Of a stretch of 64,000 nucleotides of DNA, positions 58,936-64,000 are shown in pieces. Origin of the DNA: an uncultured archaeon (lineage in GTDB: Archaea > Altiarchaeota > Altiarchaeia > JAFGQM01); the NCBI GenBank assembly GCA_964592405.1, contig CAZQBY010000007.1, positions 1 through 64,000 on the forward strand, written 5' to 3'. A program made the position numbers and the translations under genes. The notes beneath the pieces were generated by a model. It saw only the letters and a program-made list of their open reading frames with translations, was not told the origin of the DNA and searched no databases. The stretch's first letter is position 1; every line of letters begins with the position of its first letter.

Positions 58936-59436
58936 TCATGGGAGATAATGCCCGAGGCCGGATTTCCTCAGTCCTTTCTCTGCATTTTTTTTATGGCGAT
59001 TATTCGGGTCCCTGAGAATCTGACCCGTCAACTGCCGTGTGACAGAGCCATCAGGCCTCTTAATCTCCGAGACAAATTCAAGACCATGTGGGGTGTAGGC
59101 TATCAGACCTTCTTTCTCATTCGTATCTACGCGTATGACCGGCAGGCTGACAGTTCCAGTCCCCGGATGGATTATCTCAGCCTCACGCCATGTCAGCATG
59201 GAATCGGGTCTGGCAGCCTGCTTAATCACACTTTTGGCGGTTCCTGTGCCAAGGGGGCACCTATAATGGACACAATATGGCCAATCCGATGGGAGAGATG
59301 AAATACCCCTTTCATGGGCATCAGCTATCTCCTGTCTAGCTAAATGGAAATTTCTTACCCTGCAGTTGTGTGGAGCCTTGCAGTTCTCGCAAACTGGATG
59401 CCCTCCAGGCGGCTTTGCTCTAGGAGGTTTTGGCAT
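58936..59436 (-). CDS. Orphan protein with Pro/Lys-rich N-terminus and Cys/His cluster
   Basis: MPKPPRAKPPGG, CENC..HNC..H, C.H..C. Confidence 0.6.
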   Translation of the reverse strand: MPKPPRAKPPGGHPVCENCKAPHNCRVRNFHLARQEIADAHERGISSLPSDWPYCVHYRCPLGTGTAKSVIKQAARPDSMLTWREAEIIHPGTGTVSLPVIRVDTNEKEGLIAYTPHGLEFVSEIKRPDGSVTRQLTGQILRDPNNRHKKNAEKGLRKSGLGHYLP

Positions 59437-59483
59437 GCTATTTTAGTTTTAGAAAGAATTAAAGCTATAAGAAAGAATTAGAG

Positions 59484-61895
59484 CTATAGATAATACCCCT
59501 CAAGAATCCTGAAGAACTCGTTATAATCCTTCAGGTTCCGGAGCACGAGTTCGGGGGTGCTGCTCCCGGCCGTGTTCACGGTAATGGTCCCGGTTCCGAA
59601 GAGCCTGTTCAGCGGCCCCTGGCGCTTGTTTATATGGTCTATCTTGGAGAAGACTACTGACTTCTGGCTTTTGTACAGGAGTCCCCAGGACGCAATCAGC
59701 CTATAAGGCTCTAGGTAGAAGGTTATCTTGGTTATCTGCAGGGCGCGTATTACGAGGCATATCACTTCAATCACAAGCAATGCGGGCACATAATGGAGAG
59801 GCAACATGCCCATGAAAAGCATATAAAAGGCAGCGATGTCCACGATTATCAGGAAGAGTAGAAAGCCGAAAATTGTGTTGAGGACGTGCGGCTTGGAAGA
59901 GGCTATGACATCCTTGGGTATGTCGGCCGATCCGGATATTATCTTTTTCATCTCCTCAGAATCCGGCTTTTTTGTGAAGGCCAGGTCTATCACCTCGTCC
60001 AGGCCCGCGATGGCAGGCACGTAGTTGACCGAGAAGCCGTGGGTGACTATGGATCTCTTCTTGCCCTCCTGCCGGACGTACTCGCCGGCTATGTTGAACC
60101 TGACGGTGCCCTTGTCCGAGAAGGCGTATCGCTTGGTCTCGTTATCCTTGATGTCGTCGTAGAGGGCGAATATGTCCGTCTTGTTGATTACGCCCCTCTT
60201 GGCATGAATGTAGTTCTTGTGGAAGTAGAGTTTGGATGTGGCATAGAATAGCGAAAGATAGATTATATACACGACAGTTATGACCAGAAGCAGTATGGCG
60301 ATTAGCATGAAGACTGTTTCATTGAGCCCCAAGTAAACCAGAATGGAGAGCAGCCCGATGAATATGCTCATGAGAGGGAGATTCGCCTTGAACAGCTCGC
60401 CTATCGAGAACTCGGACTGGGTGGCGTAGATGAGCTCTTCGTCGGATATGCCGACCTTTGCGAGTATGCTGCGCTTCAGCTCCTCGGAGCTCGGTATGTT
60501 GATGAAGCGCATGTCGCTGGTCGCGCCTATGGACATTATAATGACGGAAAATGTGCCGAACATGCGGTCTAATATTCCCTCGTTGAACTGTATGCCGGTC
60601 ACTTTCTCGTTAGAGAATTCCAAATCTGTGGTGTGCAGGAACATGTATCTTGATGCGAAGCTCTTGGATTTGATGGAGAATCTGTTGGCAGATATGCGTA
60701 TGCTGGCCAGTATGAAAGCAATTATGTATACCGGGATGGAAAAGATCACACCTATGATGAAAAGGCCGGGGATTGTGAACATGGTTATTAGTGCGGCAGA
60801 TATCATGGTGGAGATTATCATCGCCTCACCCATCGCGCGTCGATAATCCACACGCAGCTCTTTTTCAAAACTAGTGTCGACCGAGAGCTCGCTCCTTTCC
60901 GACTCTATCGCCAGCCGGGGCGTTTCCCTTATCTTGCTTTTCTCCCCAATCAAAGACTCGCTCCCCTGTATCAGATTGCTTATGTCCTTCTCCATCTGGA
61001 GGCCGTTGGAGATGTTCTTGAAATGTATCTCCTGGCCAGTCCCCTGGCAACTGACCGTCACATCGTAGAGGTTGAACAGCCTGTCGACAAAGGACTGTGT
61101 GGTGTTGGAATCGGAGAGGTTCTCTATGGGGAGGAAAGAGTCGACTTTTGTGAGAAAGCCCTCGTCATAGACTATCATGCCTCCATATATCCAATAGTCG
61201 CGGTTTATAAGATCGAGATAATGCACTATTGCAAGGAAGAACAATATCAGGAGTATGGTTAGTAGCAGCATTATGCCGAGTATTCCAACACCTGTGATAA
61301 ACACCGCAATAAAACCAAACCCATAGACTCCTATGAAAAAGAGGACGAAGAGGACTATTCCGAGAGTCTCGAGAAGGGCGGCGATGTGCGCTGGTTTCTC
61401 ATGCCGGATTAATTTGCTATCGTCCATGGAAAATCCGACGTCTTTCATCATATTCTGGACGAGCTGGTATAGGGCTCTCGGCTCGTCTACGGACATCGCG
61501 CGCACTTCGGCTCCTGCGGCGCCGGCTGCCTCTATGATCACATGGCCTGTTCCGAAGAGCTTGTTCTCTATGAAAGGCCGGACCAGCATGACGTGGGTGA
61601 TGTTCCTCACCGTCAGTTCTGTGCGAGTGTTGAAGAGGATTCCGCCAGTCTCGTAGACGATTTTATCCCTCATGAAAACGTATCTTGTTTTACCATAAGC
61701 TACCGACCTTGAAGCGAAGCGAAGTAGAATGACAAGGCCCATCGCCACCAGAACCAAAAGGAGGACAGATCCTGAAAGAAAGCCCGGGGCTAAGAGCACA
61801 AGCAGCAGGAATATCGTCATCAGGATTACTGCGGTCTTCAGGGACGGATAATACACGAAGGCGATTTTATTCGGCTTCAGCTCGAGTGTGTCCAT
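59484..61895 (-). CDS. Membrane protein with four bacterial PH-like (bPH_2/YdbS-T) repeats
   Basis: Four TM-pair units each followed by Y....I....G......I....R.FGTG...I..AG-like segments. Confidence 0.8.
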   Translation of the reverse strand: MDTLELKPNKIAFVYYPSLKTAVILMTIFLLLVLLAPGFLSGSVLLLVLVAMGLVILLRFASRSVAYGKTRYVFMRDKIVYETGGILFNTRTELTVRNITHVMLVRPFIENKLFGTGHVIIEAAGAAGAEVRAMSVDEPRALYQLVQNMMKDVGFSMDDSKLIRHEKPAHIAALLETLGIVLFVLFFIGVYGFGFIAVFITGVGILGIMLLLTILLILFFLAIVHYLDLINRDYWIYGGMIVYDEGFLTKVDSFLPIENLSDSNTTQSFVDRLFNLYDVTVSCQGTGQEIHFKNISNGLQMEKDISNLIQGSESLIGEKSKIRETPRLAIESERSELSVDTSFEKELRVDYRRAMGEAMIISTMISAALITMFTIPGLFIIGVIFSIPVYIIAFILASIRISANRFSIKSKSFASRYMFLHTTDLEFSNEKVTGIQFNEGILDRMFGTFSVIIMSIGATSDMRFINIPSSEELKRSILAKVGISDEELIYATQSEFSIGELFKANLPLMSIFIGLLSILVYLGLNETVFMLIAILLLVITVVYIIYLSLFYATSKLYFHKNYIHAKRGVINKTDIFALYDDIKDNETKRYAFSDKGTVRFNIAGEYVRQEGKKRSIVTHGFSVNYVPAIAGLDEVIDLAFTKKPDSEEMKKIISGSADIPKDVIASSKPHVLNTIFGFLLFLIIVDIAAFYMLFMGMLPLHYVPALLVIEVICLVIRALQITKITFYLEPYRLIASWGLLYKSQKSVVFSKIDHINKRQGPLNRLFGTGTITVNTAGSSTPELVLRNLKDYNEFFRILEGYYL

Positions 61896-61938
61896 CTGGT
61901 TTTGTAGATTAATGGGAGTGTATTAAAAAAGAGAGTAG

Positions 61939-62087
61939 TGCGGGGGACGCGATTCGAACGCGCGCAGGCCTAAGCCACAGGATTTCTTTGACCCTTCCGG
62001 CAAATCGTTTCTTTCCGCCGGCGCTTTCTTTTTGAAAGAAAGGGCCGCTTAAGTCCTGCCCGTTTGACCAGACTCCGGCACCCCCGC
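61939..62087 (-). tRNA. tRNA-Leu(UAA) with a 64-nt intron at 37/38 (intron 61984-62047); CCA not encoded
   Basis: Acceptor GCGGGGG/CCCCCGC-A, anticodon stem CAGGA/TCCTG, loop CT-TAA-G^A, long variable arm, GTTCGAATC T-loop. Confidence 0.93.
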
Positions 62088-62135
62088 AAGAGTGCAAAGG
62101 CTGGCAATATTGAGCCTAAGGGATTAAAAACCGGC

Positions 62136-63257
62136 TTATCCCAACTTCGCAGCTATCGCATCGCCCATGTCGCTGCAAGTAGCCTTCCCGCCAAGGTCCT
62201 TGGTCCTCACCTTCCCTTCCTTTATGACATCTTCAATTGCCCTGACGATGCGCTTTGCAGCCTCTTCCTCACCAATTTCATCCAGCATCATGGCACCTGC
62301 CCATATGGTAGCTATGGGATTCGCCCTGTTCATACCCTTGTACTTCGGCGCAGAGCCGTGGATTGGCTCGAACATGCTGATGCCGTCCGGGTTTATGTTC
62401 CCGCCCGGTGCCAGACCCAGCCCTCCCTGTATCATGGCACCCAGATCTGTTATTATGTCTCCGAACATGTTGGGAGTCACAACTACCTGGAACCACTCCG
62501 GATTCTTGACGAACCACATGGTTATGGCATCAACGAAATTGAACTCATGCTCAATGTTTGGATACTCCCTGCTTATTCTCTCGACGATGCCTCTCCAGAA
62601 GTTGTAAACATAACTCAGGACATTGGCCTTGTCCACAGCCGTAACGCGGGTCTTGCCCTTCTTCTTGGCCAGCTCAAATGCATACCTTATCACCCTTTCG
62701 GCGCCCTTCTCGCTGAGGACGCCTATCTGGTATGCTATCTCGCTACCATCCACATCGATATCCAATCCAAACTTTACTGAGTAGAGCGACCTTAGGACCT
62801 CAAGTTCCTGTTTGTTTTTTCCGATTTTGGCCCTGTTGCCTATCCCGACATAGAAATCTTCGGTGTTCTCTCTCACTACGTCGAAGTTTATGTGCTCCGG
62901 GCCCTTGCCTCTCAGGGGGCACCACACGCCCTCCAGAAGCCTTATGGGGCGCAGGTTTATGTATTGGTCAAAGTGGAAGCGCAGAGCCAGCAGTATGCCC
63001 TTCTCCAGTACGCCGGGTTCACACCTCGGATCTCCAAGAGCTCCAAGGTATATGGCATCACTCTTTTCCAGCTCCTTGAAAGTGTCTTCACTCACCAGCT
63101 CTCCGGTTTCCAGATAGTGGTCAGCACCCAGCGGGAAGTCGATCCAGTCTATTTCGAAGTTCTCCAGCTCGGAGACGCGGTCAAGGACCTTCCTCCCCTC
63201 TGCCACAATCTCTGGCCCTATGCCGTCCCCGGGTATTGATGCAATTTTGTAGGTCAT
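62136..63257 (-). CDS. leuB: 3-isopropylmalate / D-malate-type beta-decarboxylating dehydrogenase
   Basis: [40 protein letters not shown]. Confidence 0.88.
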   Translation of the reverse strand: MTYKIASIPGDGIGPEIVAEGRKVLDRVSELENFEIDWIDFPLGADHYLETGELVSEDTFKELEKSDAIYLGALGDPRCEPGVLEKGILLALRFHFDQYINLRPIRLLEGVWCPLRGKGPEHINFDVVRENTEDFYVGIGNRAKIGKNKQELEVLRSLYSVKFGLDIDVDGSEIAYQIGVLSEKGAERVIRYAFELAKKKGKTRVTAVDKANVLSYVYNFWRGIVERISREYPNIEHEFNFVDAITMWFVKNPEWFQVVVTPNMFGDIITDLGAMIQGGLGLAPGGNINPDGISMFEPIHGSAPKYKGMNRANPIATIWAGAMMLDEIGEEEAAKRIVRAIEDVIKEGKVRTKDLGGKATCSDMGDAIAAKLG

Positions 63258-63817
63258 TTTATGCTTTTAATAAAATCATCGACAGTCATTATCTTCATGC
63301 CCATGTTCTCCATGTCGCGCATGTTGGCGTCGTGGATTTCCTTGGTCTTCGAGCCGATTGCATCCGTCAGCAGTACCACATCGTAGTCCAGCGCCAGCGC
63401 GTCCACGGCCGTGGCGCGTATGCAGTTTGGGGATTGTATGCCGGCCAGCACTATCTTCCCGACGCCAGCCCTCCGCAGGAGTGAGTCCAGGTTCGTGTAG
63501 AAGAATGCGCTGAAGCGAGTCTTCGGCAGGATCGTCTCGCCCTCTCTGGGTTTCAGCTGCTCGACTATCTCCGAGCCCTCCGTCTTTTCAACGGCGTAGG
63601 GCGTTTTCCTGAACATCTCGTAGCGGAACTTTTCAACATCGCTCCCGTCTGCGCGGTGGACCCTCTTGACGTGGAATATCGGCAGGCCGGCCTTTCTGGA
63701 AGCCTCCAGGGCCCTTTTTATCTTGGGGACCACTTCCACGGCCCCGGGGATTCTCATGGCTCCGCCTGCCTCGACGAAGTCCTTCTGCATGTCCACAATC
63801 ATCAGCGCAGTCTTCAT
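63254..63817 (-). CDS. Isochorismatase-family cysteine hydrolase
   Basis: [30 protein letters not shown] (D-K-C triad); true start 63817. Confidence 0.9.
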   Translation of the reverse strand: MKTALMIVDMQKDFVEAGGAMRIPGAVEVVPKIKRALEASRKAGLPIFHVKRVHRADGSDVEKFRYEMFRKTPYAVEKTEGSEIVEQLKPREGETILPKTRFSAFFYTNLDSLLRRAGVGKIVLAGIQSPNCIRATAVDALALDYDVVLLTDAIGSKTKEIHDANMRDMENMGMKIMTVDDFIKSIK

Positions 63818-64000
63818 TTTTTCCCGTCCAGCTCCTTCTTGACATGGGGCAGCAGGCCCCCGTCCTCGACTATCTTCATCATGAAGTCGGGCAGGGGCTC
63901 CGAGTCCAGCTCGACTCCCTTCGCTCTGACCTTGCCGGCCGCTATGTCTATCTCCACCTCGTCGCCCGTCTTTATCTTCTTGGATGCTCCCGGGCAAATG
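63814..64000 (-). CDS. leuD: 3-isopropylmalate dehydratase small subunit, 3' part (truncated by window edge)
   Basis: IKTGDEVEIDIAAGKV...PLPDFMMKIVEDGGLL; ATGA overlap with the hydrolase. Confidence 0.85.
   Translation of the reverse strand, partial: ICPGASKKIKTGDEVEIDIAAGKVRAKGVELDSEPLPDFMMKIVEDGGLLPHVKKELDGKK

Noticed and set aside
63818-63997. N-terminal 60 aa of the 247-aa ORF in the track
   Set aside because: Belongs to leuD in another frame; the hydrolase starts at 63817

Overview
Archaeal chromosomal segment (archaeal DnaG, aIF-1A, aIF-2beta, Dph5, archease/RtcB, MC1, intron-containing tRNA-Leu). The organism appears to be a biosynthetically capable anaerobe; a DPANN-associated lineage such as Altiarchaeota is an inference from gene content, not proven. 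Housekeeping blocks: purQL, a mosaic bacterial/archaeal riboflavin operon running into fae-hps and an NAD(P)-type methylene-H4MPT dehydrogenase, metF with an unannotated 51-aa metV, SAM by-product salvage genes, a MoxR-vWA operon and leuD/leuB. Most notable: (1) a minimal [FeFe]-hydrogenase without accessory Fe-S domains, directly followed by an ECF-S-component-like membrane protein, with no maturases in the window, then a decaying rubredoxin/rubrerythrin/FTR/SOR cluster; (2) an unannotated two-hairpin H/ACA-type guide RNA (3309-3448) with plausible 23S rRNA targets; (3) a nine-gene run of prepilin-like genes, including four tiny paralogous pilins, facing a dockerin-repeat surface protein; (4) a Lon-type ATPase lacking its protease domain upstream of archease-rtcB. 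All calls come from reading motifs by eye; no searches were run.
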